Made by a program: the position numbers and the translations under genes
Notes under the pieces: generated by a model
The model's database searches: none
Seen by the model: only the letters and a program-made list of their open reading frames with translations
Told to the model about the DNA's origin: nothing
Origin: a virus
Taxonomy: Duplodnaviria > Caudoviricetes
DNA: 59,218 nucleotides
Direction: 5' to 3' (one strand)
IMG/VR virus record: IMGVR_UViG_3300033067_001963
Span: 1-59,218 of that record
Part shown: one piece after another, positions 36,534-45,599 of the stretch
Numbering within the stretch: the first letter of the stretch is position 1
Layout of the letters: each line of letters begins with the position of its first letter

Positions 36534-36908
36534 CTACGGAGCCCCAGGATCCTTCATGGCGATCCTGACGACCACGTTCGTATTCGCCCCCCCCGTCAAG
36601 ATGGGCCGGATCTGGTACGGGTTCTCGGCGATCAGCTTCATGCCGTCCACCGTGAGGGCCAGCGCGGTGCCACCAGGGTCACTCAAGGTAGCGTACGTGG
36701 CGCTGGCTGGGTCGATCTGGTTCGTCCCCTGGATCGTGAGCGTCGAGGTGGACAGCCCCGTCACTTGCACCGTCTTGTCCGACATGGCGATCGACGGGTA
36801 CGGTCGACCCGTATCGTTGACGGCCGGCAGCGTCCAGCGCACCACGCGGGTGCCGGCCGGCAGCGTGGCCCCCGCTAGCGTGTCGATGACCCAATCGATC
36901 TCTGCCAT
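36534..36908 (-). CDS. Virion-type beta-sandwich protein
   Basis: TVQVTG...LTIQGTN...QIRP pattern. Confidence 0.65.
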   Translation of the reverse strand: MAEIDWVIDTLAGATLPAGTRVVRWTLPAVNDTGRPYPSIAMSDKTVQVTGLSTSTLTIQGTNQIDPASATYATLSDPGGTALALTVDGMKLIAENPYQIRPILTGGANTNVVVRIAMKDPGAP

Positions 36909-36909
36909 G

Positions 36910-37380
36910 TCAGATCTTCCCCCTCGTCAACGCATCCAGCCCACGATCGTCGCTGATGACGATCTGGCGGTTGCCCCCCTTACCCTGGGCCACGGGAACC
37001 GCCTCCCGGTGCGCGGGCTCCGGCACCAGCGTGGACTTGGCCTTGTAGACGGGCTCCTCCTTGCGGGGAGTTTCGACTGGGATCTCCGCGGTGGCCGAGA
37101 ACTCCTTCACCCATGCCAGCGCCCGCTCCTTGTTTTCCCCCGTGATACCGGGGTGATCCTCGATGACCTTGGTCTCCGTCACGGGATTGAGGGAGCCCTT
37201 GTAGTAGAAGCCGCCAGCAATCTCCCAGATAGCGGGAGCCGGGCGCACGGGCGCCTGCGCCAGCACGCGCTGGTTGCCCACCAGTTGGTAGACAGCTTGT
37301 ACGCCCTCGTCATGGAACGACCGCGTGACCCGCACGAACCGCTGCTGCGGGTCGTCGGGCAGGTATTGAATCGATGCCAT
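36910..37380 (-). CDS. Hypothetical protein
   Basis: Operon context. Confidence 0.6.
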   Translation of the reverse strand: MASIQYLPDDPQQRFVRVTRSFHDEGVQAVYQLVGNQRVLAQAPVRPAPAIWEIAGGFYYKGSLNPVTETKVIEDHPGITGENKERALAWVKEFSATAEIPVETPRKEEPVYKAKSTLVPEPAHREAVPVAQGKGGNRQIVISDDRGLDALTRGKI

Positions 37381-37531
37381 CGTTCTACCCCTTCCTGGCC
37401 TTGTTGGGCACGGAGACCGCCGTGTAACCCGACTTCTCCTGCTCCGGTGTGCACGTCTTGACCACGGGGCAGGTGCACTCGGCCTTCACCTGCCCACCCT
37501 GCTTCGTTCCGCTGCTCATGTTTTCCATCTG

Positions 37532-37888
37532 TCACCACCCCACTGCGTGGAATTGATAGGTGCCGTCCGTGAGAGATGTGCCGTTGCCCACTTCTGGAAG
37601 AGGGCCACCAGCCACAGGATTCTCCTCCTCAAAGGCAACGAGCTTCATCAAGTCATTCGCTTTGACCGGGCAAGTCACCTGGAGTACGTAACTCTCAGTC
37701 GCCCCCGGGCCTGGCCCAGTGATCTCGATGTAGTCGATCTCGCGAACAAAGCCAAACAGGTTCCTGGCGTTCGTGGGCATGAGCGCACCTCCTGTAAAGT
37801 ACGTCTGCCCCACGACCTCCAGCGTTCCCAAGGTGTGTTTCCGCCGTCCCTTGATCCACCTATCGGTCACTACGGGAGTAACCGCCAT
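37532..37888 (-). CDS. Putative head decoration protein (paralog B)
   Basis: YFTGG...FGFVREID...KLVAFEEE..AGGPL...F.AVGW. Confidence 0.65.
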   Translation of the reverse strand: MAVTPVVTDRWIKGRRKHTLGTLEVVGQTYFTGGALMPTNARNLFGFVREIDYIEITGPGPGATESYVLQVTCPVKANDLMKLVAFEEENPVAGGPLPEVGNGTSLTDGTYQFHAVGW

Positions 37889-37891
37889 TTC

Positions 37892-38242
37892 TTACCACCC
37901 CCAAGCCACAAAGTTGACGGTGCGAGCCCCAAAGGCGGCGTTGGGGGCCTGCCTAAGGGGGCCACCAGCGGCGACCGCCTCTTCTTCGAAAGCTTGAAGC
38001 TTGTTGTTAGCCCGGTCGTAGCCATACACGTACTCATCCGTGTTGCCTGCTGAGCCGGTGATGATGACCCGGTCGATCTGGCGATCGAAGCCCCACTTGT
38101 TATCCGAACCACAGGGAATGCCCCCAGTGGGGTAGTCTGCGCCACCGGCGATAGCCAGTGTCCCCCTGTTGAGCTTCTTGAGGCCCAAGATCACCCGCTC
38201 TTGGATAGTTACCGTGAGATCGGCTGCTGTAAGATTTGCCAT
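37892..38242 (-). CDS. Putative head decoration protein (paralog A)
   Basis: YPTGG...WGFDRQID...KLQAFEEE..AGGPL...FVAWGW. Confidence 0.65.
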   Translation of the reverse strand: MANLTAADLTVTIQERVILGLKKLNRGTLAIAGGADYPTGGIPCGSDNKWGFDRQIDRVIITGSAGNTDEYVYGYDRANNKLQAFEEEAVAAGGPLRQAPNAAFGARTVNFVAWGW

Positions 38243-38301
38243 CTATCCACCTCCTCCGCGGGGCCCCGTGTGAGCAGCCCCGCGAGGCTTGAGGTTCAGT
38301 G

Positions 38302-38730
38302 CTACGCGGCGACGTAGTCCGAGTTGTCCCCGAACTTCTCGCCGATGAACTCGACGACCACGCCCGCATCCACGAGGCATGCATCGCCATTTGCCGTGGT
38401 GACCTCTGCAATGACTTGATCGCCGGCATTCAGCTCGATGTGCGTAGAAGGCCGCTCGTAGAGCATCTTGCCTGCTTGGCTCGCGCTCGCCGTCTTGCTG
38501 AGCACGCCCACATCACCGTCGCCACGGCCAGTATCCGACCCAGCCGTGGGACGCTTGTCGAACTTCAGGACAAAGGCTGTGGCGTGCGCGGAAGCCGTGT
38601 TCACCAGCGCCCACACATACTCCACCCGGCACTTGAAGGGGACCGGGATCGTTGCCTTGTCCCCCGTAGTGCTCGTTTGCAAAGCGGTGCCCCCGAGAAG
38701 CGGCACAGGACCACTGTAAACTACTGACAT
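38302..38730 (-). CDS. Putative capsid cement/minor head protein
   Basis: Directly after the major capsid gene; strong RBS. Confidence 0.6.
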   Translation of the reverse strand: MSVVYSGPVPLLGGTALQTSTTGDKATIPVPFKCRVEYVWALVNTASAHATAFVLKFDKRPTAGSDTGRGDGDVGVLSKTASASQAGKMLYERPSTHIELNAGDQVIAEVTTANGDACLVDAGVVVEFIGEKFGDNSDYVAA

Positions 38731-38747
38731 TGGTCTCCCCTCCTTCC

Positions 38748-39704
38748 TTACGCGCTCGTCACGCGGACGATGCGAGCCTCACCATCGTTGGCCGTATCCC
38801 ACACCGGGGCGAAGGCCAGCACACCCACCCACGCCACCGCTCGGCTGATGCCGAAGTTCTGCGGAACGGCAATGCGCAGCTCGGGATCGGCGACCACGGC
38901 CATGGCCACAGCGTCGTCCCCGAAGAAGACAGCCTCACCGAGCACCGAGCCGGTGCCCTTGGCGTTGCTGAGGGCGTTGGTGTGATTGCACTCGATGAAG
39001 AGCACGTTCTCGATCATGCCGACCTCACCGCGGTAGAAGGCCCGGTCGGCGTTGCGGTACTTGTTCCACTCCAGGAACTCGGGGTCGTTCTTGATGCCCC
39101 GCAGCGCCTTGGTGCTGGCCAGGCAGATGTAGTTGTTCTGCCCGCTGTAGTAGGGGACGTGGAGTGTGTCCATCATGTAGTCCCTAATCACCTTGACGTG
39201 CTGCACTGTCAGGTTCTCAAGGGCAGTGGTGGACGGCGTGCCATCCGTGTCGAAGGTGCCGGCGGACACGGATGTGGGGATGTAACAGACCTTGGCTGTC
39301 TTGAAGGCCGTGGCTGCACCAGAGTCCAGCACGAGGGCCATCTGGTCCCGCAGCTTGCGCTGGATGCTGTCCGTCAGGTCGAAGGTACTCAAGAGCTCGG
39401 CGAACTCCGTGAACTGGACCCCGCGGCCCCAGTAGCTGACGGTGATCGACGTGCTCGACATGCTGAAGGTGTCGATCGGCACGGCATCCCGCTCGTCGAA
39501 GGTGCCCGTGGTGGGCTCCGAGATGTTGCGGATGCGCTGGATGGTGACGGACTCACCCATCTTCCTGCCGTAGCCGGGCTCCACCCGCACGAACGGCATG
39601 AAGACCGTGTTCGCGATGGCCGCTGCCCGCACGTCGCGGGACAGGGCGCTGTTCTTCATGACACCCGAGGGGGTGTCTACTGCCCATACGTACTCACCTG
39701 CCAT
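38748..39704 (-). CDS. Major capsid protein (N4-gp56-like HK97 fold)
   Basis: GESVTIQR, ITVSYWG, GEVGMIENVLFIE, FFGDDA; follows the scaffold. Confidence 0.88.
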   Translation of the reverse strand: MAGEYVWAVDTPSGVMKNSALSRDVRAAAIANTVFMPFVRVEPGYGRKMGESVTIQRIRNISEPTTGTFDERDAVPIDTFSMSSTSITVSYWGRGVQFTEFAELLSTFDLTDSIQRKLRDQMALVLDSGAATAFKTAKVCYIPTSVSAGTFDTDGTPSTTALENLTVQHVKVIRDYMMDTLHVPYYSGQNNYICLASTKALRGIKNDPEFLEWNKYRNADRAFYRGEVGMIENVLFIECNHTNALSNAKGTGSVLGEAVFFGDDAVAMAVVADPELRIAVPQNFGISRAVAWVGVLAFAPVWDTANDGEARIVRVTSA

Positions 39705-39715
39705 GTTTCAACTCC

Positions 39716-40762
39716 TTAAGGCTGCTGCCCCAGGTAGCGGCGCTGCTGCGCCTTCAGCTGATCCACCATCGACATAGGCTGGCCCCCGCCGGGTGTGGAG
39801 GGGGCTCTGTTTGAGGGAGCAGCTGAGATGACGGCGGCAGCGGGGCCCCGTAGGGCGGCTTGCTCTGCGTGGACGGTCGTTTGCCGGGCACGGGTGCCCG
39901 ACAGGTCTTTGCGGATGCGTTCCACGAACTGGTTCGTCTGCCACACGATCAGCTCGTTCTCGTTCTTGATGTCCGGCGGCGGGGGCGGCAGGCTCGGTGC
40001 CTGCTTCTCCGCTGCCACGTAGCGCCAGAAGGTGTCGGACGGCACGTCCGGTGCCGCCTTCTGCAAGTAGGTCGTCACGTTGGTCTGCACGCTGGCGCCG
40101 TGGGCCTGCGCGGCCTGGGCGTGGCGGGCAGCTTGCTCCCGCTGGGCCAGTTCCGCTTGGAACTCGCGGCGGGCCTGCGCGACCGCATGCTGGATGGTCT
40201 GCTCCGCGAGAGTGGCGACGGCAGATTCGTCGTCGGGAGCCGACTTGTAGGCTTGTAGAATCTGAGCCCGCAGATCGCCTCCAGGAGGCGCTGGGGCTTG
40301 GCTAGGAGGCGCGTACGGCGCCTGGCTAGGGGTAGGTACGGGGACCGGGGCTTGCGTCGCCTGTGGGGGCTGCTGGGCAACCTGAAACGGGGGAATCGAG
40401 GGCAGCGAGGAGAGGGCTCGGAGGAGCTCCTCGTTCTGTGCTCGCAGCACCTCGGCCTCGCTCTTGGCACCGTCAGCCTCCTGACGCGCCTGGGCCGCTT
40501 CTTGCGTGGCGGCGTGCATGCGCCGCTGGGCATCCCGGACCCGCTGCTCGGCGGGGTCCGCAGCTGGCGAGTCCGCCTCAGCAACGGGCGGGGCCGGCTC
40601 TGGCTCCGGGGTGGGTGTGGAGGGGGGCGTCGCCGGAGGGGGGGGTACCGGATCCCCGATCGGCTGGTTCATGGAAGCCTGCTGAGCCTGCGCCACTTGC
40701 TGGGCAAAGTTGGGCAGGGGTGCGGGAGCGCCCGAGTCCTGTACGGGGGGCGTCTCAGCCAT
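39716..40762 (-). CDS. Capsid scaffolding protein
   Basis: P/A/Q-rich plus coiled coil (RVRDAQRRMHAATQE); directly upstream of the major capsid. Confidence 0.75.
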   Translation of the reverse strand: MAETPPVQDSGAPAPLPNFAQQVAQAQQASMNQPIGDPVPPPPATPPSTPTPEPEPAPPVAEADSPAADPAEQRVRDAQRRMHAATQEAAQARQEADGAKSEAEVLRAQNEELLRALSSLPSIPPFQVAQQPPQATQAPVPVPTPSQAPYAPPSQAPAPPGGDLRAQILQAYKSAPDDESAVATLAEQTIQHAVAQARREFQAELAQREQAARHAQAAQAHGASVQTNVTTYLQKAAPDVPSDTFWRYVAAEKQAPSLPPPPPDIKNENELIVWQTNQFVERIRKDLSGTRARQTTVHAEQAALRGPAAAVISAAPSNRAPSTPGGGQPMSMVDQLKAQQRRYLGQQP

Positions 40763-41117
40763 CTTGCGTTACCTCGTTCTCTGGGCCGCCTGCGCGGCCG
40801 TAGTGTCGGCGCGTCCACCGCTGCAGGGCACCGAGGCCCATGCGGTAGGAGGCGTCGATGGTGTGCAACATGCCCTTGATAGCGCGGAGGGAGTCAGGGT
40901 GTCGCTCCCCGGCCTCCACCTTGTCGAGGGTCTCGTCGTACGCACGTGCGAACAGCTCGCACAGGTCCAGCCAGATGTCCGGCGGGGCGTCCAGTTCTAC
41001 CAAGCGGGCCAGTCTGTCTGCCCGCTGACCCTTCTCGAAGTCGGCCACATCCCGGGCCATCGTGTCGGCCTTGAAGCCGGTGGCCAGCAGACTGGGCTTG
41101 AAGTGAGGCTGGGCCAT
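40755..41117 (-). CDS. Small helical protein between portal and scaffold
   Basis: Typical podovirus head-gene position. Confidence 0.6.
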   Translation of the reverse strand: MAQPHFKPSLLATGFKADTMARDVADFEKGQRADRLARLVELDAPPDIWLDLCELFARAYDETLDKVEAGERHPDSLRAIKGMLHTIDASYRMGLGALQRWTRRHYGRAGGPENEVTQDG

Positions 41118-41118
41118 C

Positions 41119-43086
41119 TCAGCTACTCAGGTTCACGGGGCCACGGTTGCCTAGCTGGCGCATGACCCCGAGAGGGTTGGGCATCTGAGAGGGGCCGGGT
41201 GGGGCGGGCGGAGCACCGGGGACCTCAGAGGGAGCAGGACCCTGGGGCCCACCGGCACCCGGGCCGAGCATGCCGAGTAGGCCAAGCCCGCCCATCTGCG
41301 GGCTGCGCACCTCGATGCGGTCGTGCAGCCCCATCGTCTCGTTGATCGCCCGCAGAATCTGATCCGGGGGCACCAGGCCCGCGTAGGGGCCGCTCGCGGC
41401 GATCGTGGCGAACTGCAGGAGCTTCTGCAGGCTCTCCGCTTTGGAGAGCGCCTGGGAGACGCCTGTGAAGGTGAACTCCATCTGGCCCTGCAAGCGCTCG
41501 ATCCTATCCGCGATCGTCCACTGGGAGGCGAGGGCAGCTGCCTCGGGCCCCAGGATGGAGATGATCGCCGGGCTGGTGAAGTCGTTGCCCGCCAGGTACT
41601 GGATGGCAAAGTCATAGGTGAGAGCGATCATGGCGCGGCCGCCGTGCTCGTAGTTCCAGCCCATCGTCTCGAAGATGCTCAGCGACTGGCCCGTCTTGAT
41701 CTGCACCTCGCCCTTGGTGATGTCGGCACGGGTGCCCGGCAGGCCCTGCACGAACTGCGTGACGAAGTTGCTGTTCTCCCGCTGGCCGTCGATGTACTGG
41801 AGGAACCCCATGATCGCGGGGAAGTTGAGACCCCCCGTGTTCGCCGGGCTCAGCACGGGGCTGGCCACGTTCTTGGCCCACGCCTTACCGGGATAGCGCT
41901 CCAGCGACTCCCAATCCGTCAGCCCCGCCTCGTAGACCTCGTAGTCAGGGTTGACGACCCAGTTCATGGCGTCCGCGAGCAGGTTGAAGGTGTTTACGAA
42001 GGCCCAGCTCAACCCCGCGTCCTGTTCAAGAATGCCGCGTCCCTCGAAGCGGCTGGGGTGGCTGATCGGGGACATGGCCACGAAGGGCCACTTGCGCCGC
42101 CCCGTGTTCAGATCCGTGGCCCACAGCGGATTCTCCACGGGGCCGTACACCACCTCGTCGCCCACGATCGTCACCAGCGCATCCGGCATGACCACGTCAC
42201 CGTTCTCGTCGACGATGTCCAGCCAGCCCTCGCTGACCAAGTAATCACGGCGGAACTTGTGCCGCTCGAAGGTCATCTGCTTGCGCTCGAACTCACGGCG
42301 CTGCGTCAGCGTCCAACTCGTGTTCGTGGTGTCTGAGGCCATGCGCTTGTTCAGCGCTCGGCCCACCGCCTCCGCGTCCCAGCCGAAGCGGATCATCTCC
42401 TGGAGGACAGGGCGCCCGCGCCACTCGTCATGCCACAGGTAGGTGCCGCTGAAATTCTCCCGAGCTTGCGAGTCCGGGTCCCGAAAGATGTTCCACGGGA
42501 GGACGAAGTCGATCGACAGCATGGAGCGGAGTTGCTTGTCGAAGCTGGGGATGATCTTGCCCGTGTCAGGGTCGATCTGGGCCCCACGCATCACGGGCAC
42601 CTCGAAGCTGGACCAGCGGTACTTGAGATACCCGCTGATGCCCAATATGAAACCGACCTTGCACGCGTCGAGGTACTTCTCCTTGAAGCCCGCCTGATCC
42701 AGCAGGAAGCGCAGGAGCGGCTGCACGAGCTTGGCCCCCGTGGCACTGTCCGCGGGGTCGAGCGGGCGCACGCCGAAGAAATCCGGGCTGTCCATCAGGA
42801 CGCGCCGGATCACCGAGGTGGCCTGCTCCACGGCGACGAAGCTCTTGGGGATCCACAACTGCGACTGCCACTCCTCCTTGTCCGGGAAGATCACCTCGGA
42901 CTGCCAGAGATCCCACCACTCCTGCCATTTCTGGCGGAGTGAGCGCGTGGCACGCTCAGCCTCGCCCTTCTGCGCCCGGCAGACCTCCACGAGGTGCTGC
43001 GGGTGCAGCGCGCGGGCCTGCGCCTGCGCCTCCATGCGGGCCTGTGGACTCTGCTGGATCTCCTCGGGGGTGAAGGTGATCGCCAT
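41119..43086 (-). CDS. Portal protein
   Basis: 655 aa; WQSQLWIPK, PWNIFRDP, WPFV, FEGRG, ITKGEV; Pro/Gly-rich C-terminus. Confidence 0.85.
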   Translation of the reverse strand: MAITFTPEEIQQSPQARMEAQAQARALHPQHLVEVCRAQKGEAERATRSLRQKWQEWWDLWQSEVIFPDKEEWQSQLWIPKSFVAVEQATSVIRRVLMDSPDFFGVRPLDPADSATGAKLVQPLLRFLLDQAGFKEKYLDACKVGFILGISGYLKYRWSSFEVPVMRGAQIDPDTGKIIPSFDKQLRSMLSIDFVLPWNIFRDPDSQARENFSGTYLWHDEWRGRPVLQEMIRFGWDAEAVGRALNKRMASDTTNTSWTLTQRREFERKQMTFERHKFRRDYLVSEGWLDIVDENGDVVMPDALVTIVGDEVVYGPVENPLWATDLNTGRRKWPFVAMSPISHPSRFEGRGILEQDAGLSWAFVNTFNLLADAMNWVVNPDYEVYEAGLTDWESLERYPGKAWAKNVASPVLSPANTGGLNFPAIMGFLQYIDGQRENSNFVTQFVQGLPGTRADITKGEVQIKTGQSLSIFETMGWNYEHGGRAMIALTYDFAIQYLAGNDFTSPAIISILGPEAAALASQWTIADRIERLQGQMEFTFTGVSQALSKAESLQKLLQFATIAASGPYAGLVPPDQILRAINETMGLHDRIEVRSPQMGGLGLLGMLGPGAGGPQGPAPSEVPGAPPAPPGPSQMPNPLGVMRQLGNRGPVNLSS

Positions 43087-43087
43087 C

Positions 43088-43285
43088 TCAGTCCGCCACG
43101 CAGGTGAGCGTGTGGGCCGCGCTCAGCGTCAAGCCGATCAGGGCGTAGCGCAGGCCGCGCCCGTGAATCTCGGGCGCCTGCTCCTCGCCCTCCACGTCCC
43201 GGGTCTGCAGCACGATGACGCCCAGGTCCACACGGCCCAGGATCTCGTTGACCAGATCCTCGGTGGGAACGTGCTCAAGGGTCAC
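43088..43285 (-). CDS. Small hypothetical protein
   Basis: LEHVPTEDLVNEIL; abuts the portal gene. Confidence 0.55.
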   Translation of the reverse strand: MTLEHVPTEDLVNEILGRVDLGVIVLQTRDVEGEEQAPEIHGRGLRYALIGLTLSAAHTLTCVAD

Positions 43286-43503
43286 GTGCGCTGCGACCTC
43301 GGCTGCCCCACCTTGACGCGGGGGGCGGCCCAGAACTTCTCCAGGCGATCACGGATGCTCGCCAGCGTCGCCTCGCAGCGGTGCAAGCCCGTGACGGTGC
43401 GGTGCGTGGGGTGCCACGCCTCGCAGTGCTGGCAGTAGTACTCCGTGGCCTTCCGGTGGCCGGCCATGGGTGTCTTCCTGGGCTGCGACGTCCAGTCGCT
43501 CAC
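43282..43503 (-). CDS. Small C2HC-type zinc protein
   Basis: CQHC...HRC. Confidence 0.5.
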   Translation of the reverse strand: MSDWTSQPRKTPMAGHRKATEYYCQHCEAWHPTHRTVTGLHRCEATLASIRDRLEKFWAAPRVKVGQPRSQRT

Positions 43504-43504
43504 T

Positions 43505-43867
43505 TCACTGTCCAGCTGACTTGCGGCGAGGGGGCAAACTACCAGGTGGGAGGGACATCAACCCCGATTGCACAGGAGTAGGGCTCTTGAAGTATTGGTT
43601 CTCCGCCTCCCAGAGCCTGTTCTGAACCTGCTGATCAGGAGTATCCGTTGCCCACTGAAACCTGTCGTTGATGATATTGCGACCCCGACCCAACTTACGC
43701 ATGTAGAGATCCATGACCCCGCTCCACTGCCGGTTCAACATAGCAGACTCATAAACTGTCAGGTTAGGGTTGGAGAAGGCTTGTTCGAGCCGGTTCAGTT
43801 GTAGGGCGATAACGTCCAAGTCTGCATCAGTTGTACCGGGGGCCCCGTACTGCTGAATAGGGTCCAT
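43505..43867 (-). CDS. Hypothetical protein (lower GC)
   Basis: MDPIQQYG start at 43867. Confidence 0.5.
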   Translation of the reverse strand: MDPIQQYGAPGTTDADLDVIALQLNRLEQAFSNPNLTVYESAMLNRQWSGVMDLYMRKLGRGRNIINDRFQWATDTPDQQVQNRLWEAENQYFKSPTPVQSGLMSLPPGSLPPRRKSAGQ

Positions 43868-43961
43868 CACTTCACCGGCCTGACCGGCTTCCTGCTCACG
43901 GTCTTGGGCTTCCGACTGGGTGCCTTGTACGGTCCGATCGCCATGTGGTGTCTCCCGTGGG

Positions 43962-44339
43962 CTAGGTGATAGCGATTGCGAGGGGAGTAGCGAGCGTGGG
44001 CGCCACGTCGGAGACGGAGCCGGTGCCCGGCGTCGTCGTGACCACGTAGCTGAGACCCGTGCCGAAGCTGAGGCCGCCGCCCAGGAACTTGTACGCCTTG
44101 GCCTCCCCGCCTCGCCAACACAGCTGTAGATCAGGTGCCGTGGTGCCGTACGTGGGAGACGTGGAGTTGTACGCCTTGAAGTAGACGACCTCATCCGCGT
44201 TGGCCGAGTTGTCGAGGTACACGCTGTAGACGGTGGCGGACCCCGTGTTGACGTTGGCGTCCACGGTCACGTCCGGGCTCGTGTCCCGAATGACGTAGAG
44301 ACCGGAGGTCAGCGACAGGGGGGACTTCGTGGCCGCCAT
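43962..44339 (-). CDS. Virion-type protein (paralog of 44340)
   Basis: IRDT...NV..G..VY...DN.AN...YN...PT.GT..P.L. Confidence 0.65.
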   Translation of the reverse strand: MAATKSPLSLTSGLYVIRDTSPDVTVDANVNTGSATVYSVYLDNSANADEVVYFKAYNSTSPTYGTTAPDLQLCWRGGEAKAYKFLGGGLSFGTGLSYVVTTTPGTGSVSDVAPTLATPLAIAIT

Positions 44340-44729
44340 CTAGATTGCGTCCCCGACGGAGAGGTCGATCGCCACGTCGCTCGTGGGCCCCGTAGTGCCC
44401 GCTGTGCCGCCTGCGGTGACGCTGGCCACGGAGAGGGCCACGGTGAAGCGGTGCCCCTCGTTGCAGACGAGAGTGCGCCGGCCGGACGCTGGGAGCGGGA
44501 TGATCAGCTCCGGCTCCGAGGTGCCCACTGTGGGAGCGGCTAGGTTGTAGAACTTGGCATAGCTTGCGGCGCCGTTGGCCGCGTTGTCGAAGTGGGCCAC
44601 GTAGAGGGAGGTGGCGCCGTCCGCGACGTTCTGCTCCGCGGTGCCATCCGAGTCCGTGTCCCGGATGATCTTGTCGTCTACGTCAGCTGAGGCCCCCGCA
44701 AGACCGAGGGGGATGATGGTGACCGCCAT
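44340..44729 (-). CDS. Virion-type protein (paralog of 43962)
   Basis: Same motif series as 43962. Confidence 0.65.
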   Translation of the reverse strand: MAVTIIPLGLAGASADVDDKIIRDTDSDGTAEQNVADGATSLYVAHFDNAANGAASYAKFYNLAAPTVGTSEPELIIPLPASGRRTLVCNEGHRFTVALSVASVTAGGTAGTTGPTSDVAIDLSVGDAI

Positions 44730-44756
44730 GCTCCGGCGGACACACTGTAGCGAGGG

Positions 44757-44984
44757 TTAGTCGAAGCGGAGAGGCGTGCCCAGGCGGGTGGAGCAGATGT
44801 GAGCGCGATCGGCGCCCACATACTTGGCTATCGTGACGCGCCGACAGCGCGGGCACCAGCGCATCTGGCTGCGAGGAGGCTCGGGGGCTACAGGAAGGAG
44901 TCCCCCATCCGAATCCGGAGGAGTGACAGGGGGAGCAACCGGGACCTCTACCCCCGGATAAATCCAGAGGAGAAGAAGGCTCAT
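44757..44984 (-). CDS. Small Pro-rich protein with CxxC...HxC
   Basis: MSLLLLW...WCPRC...AHIC. Confidence 0.5.
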   Translation of the reverse strand: MSLLLLWIYPGVEVPVAPPVTPPDSDGGLLPVAPEPPRSQMRWCPRCRRVTIAKYVGADRAHICSTRLGTPLRFD

Positions 44985-45133
44985 TCCACTTCTGGACCCT
45001 TGGCAGCAAGTTGGTGCTCCGCGTAACCTCGGATCTCCAGTACCAAGCTCGCCACGGCTACTGGTAGCTGGAGGTTGCTCTTGTCCCCGAAGAGCTGTAG
45101 CAACATCTCGAGCGCGGGTCGTGAAAGCTCCAT
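44981..45133 (-). CDS. Small protein (possible fibre chaperone)
   Basis: AAGGAGG RBS; MELSRPAL. Confidence 0.5.
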   Translation of the reverse strand: MELSRPALEMLLQLFGDKSNLQLPVAVASLVLEIRGYAEHQLAAKGPEVE

Positions 45134-45588
45134 CAGTAGACCTCCTTCATGTTCATGTACGTTCCCATGCAAGTGACCACTGCATTGGGCATGAACCAGC
45201 TGCCGAATCCCGCTGGAGCGTTACCGTTAAAGCAGGGGGCTACTATGGTCCCGTATGGAGTTATCACTATGGCAACCTCGCCAGCCCGGATGTCAACATC
45301 GGGGAGCGAGGTGCGGAGAACCCGGTAATAGACCGACGGGTACTCGGAAGGCCCCGCCGCGATAGGAATCGACACCGTTCCATTTCTCAGGTAAACAGAG
45401 TACGGGACTGCCGAGTTGCCCTGACAGGCCGTAGTTGAAAAACTGTACACAACGATCCCGCCTTCGACCTCCCGGACCACCTGCGATAGAACAATGCAGT
45501 GGTGCTCGAACATCTCGTAATCTTGAGCCCCCACTTGCGTCGTGGCAACGGCGACCATCAAAAAAATAGCAAGGATTGCCTTTCCCAT
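45133..45588 (-). CDS. Exported 4-Cys family protein, copy 3 (lower GC)
   Basis: Signal peptide MGKAILAIFLMVAVATTQVGA; four Cys. Confidence 0.7.
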   Translation of the reverse strand: MGKAILAIFLMVAVATTQVGAQDYEMFEHHCIVLSQVVREVEGGIVVYSFSTTACQGNSAVPYSVYLRNGTVSIPIAAGPSEYPSVYYRVLRTSLPDVDIRAGEVAIVITPYGTIVAPCFNGNAPAGFGSWFMPNAVVTCMGTYMNMKEVY

Positions 45589-45599
45589 CCCACGGCTCC

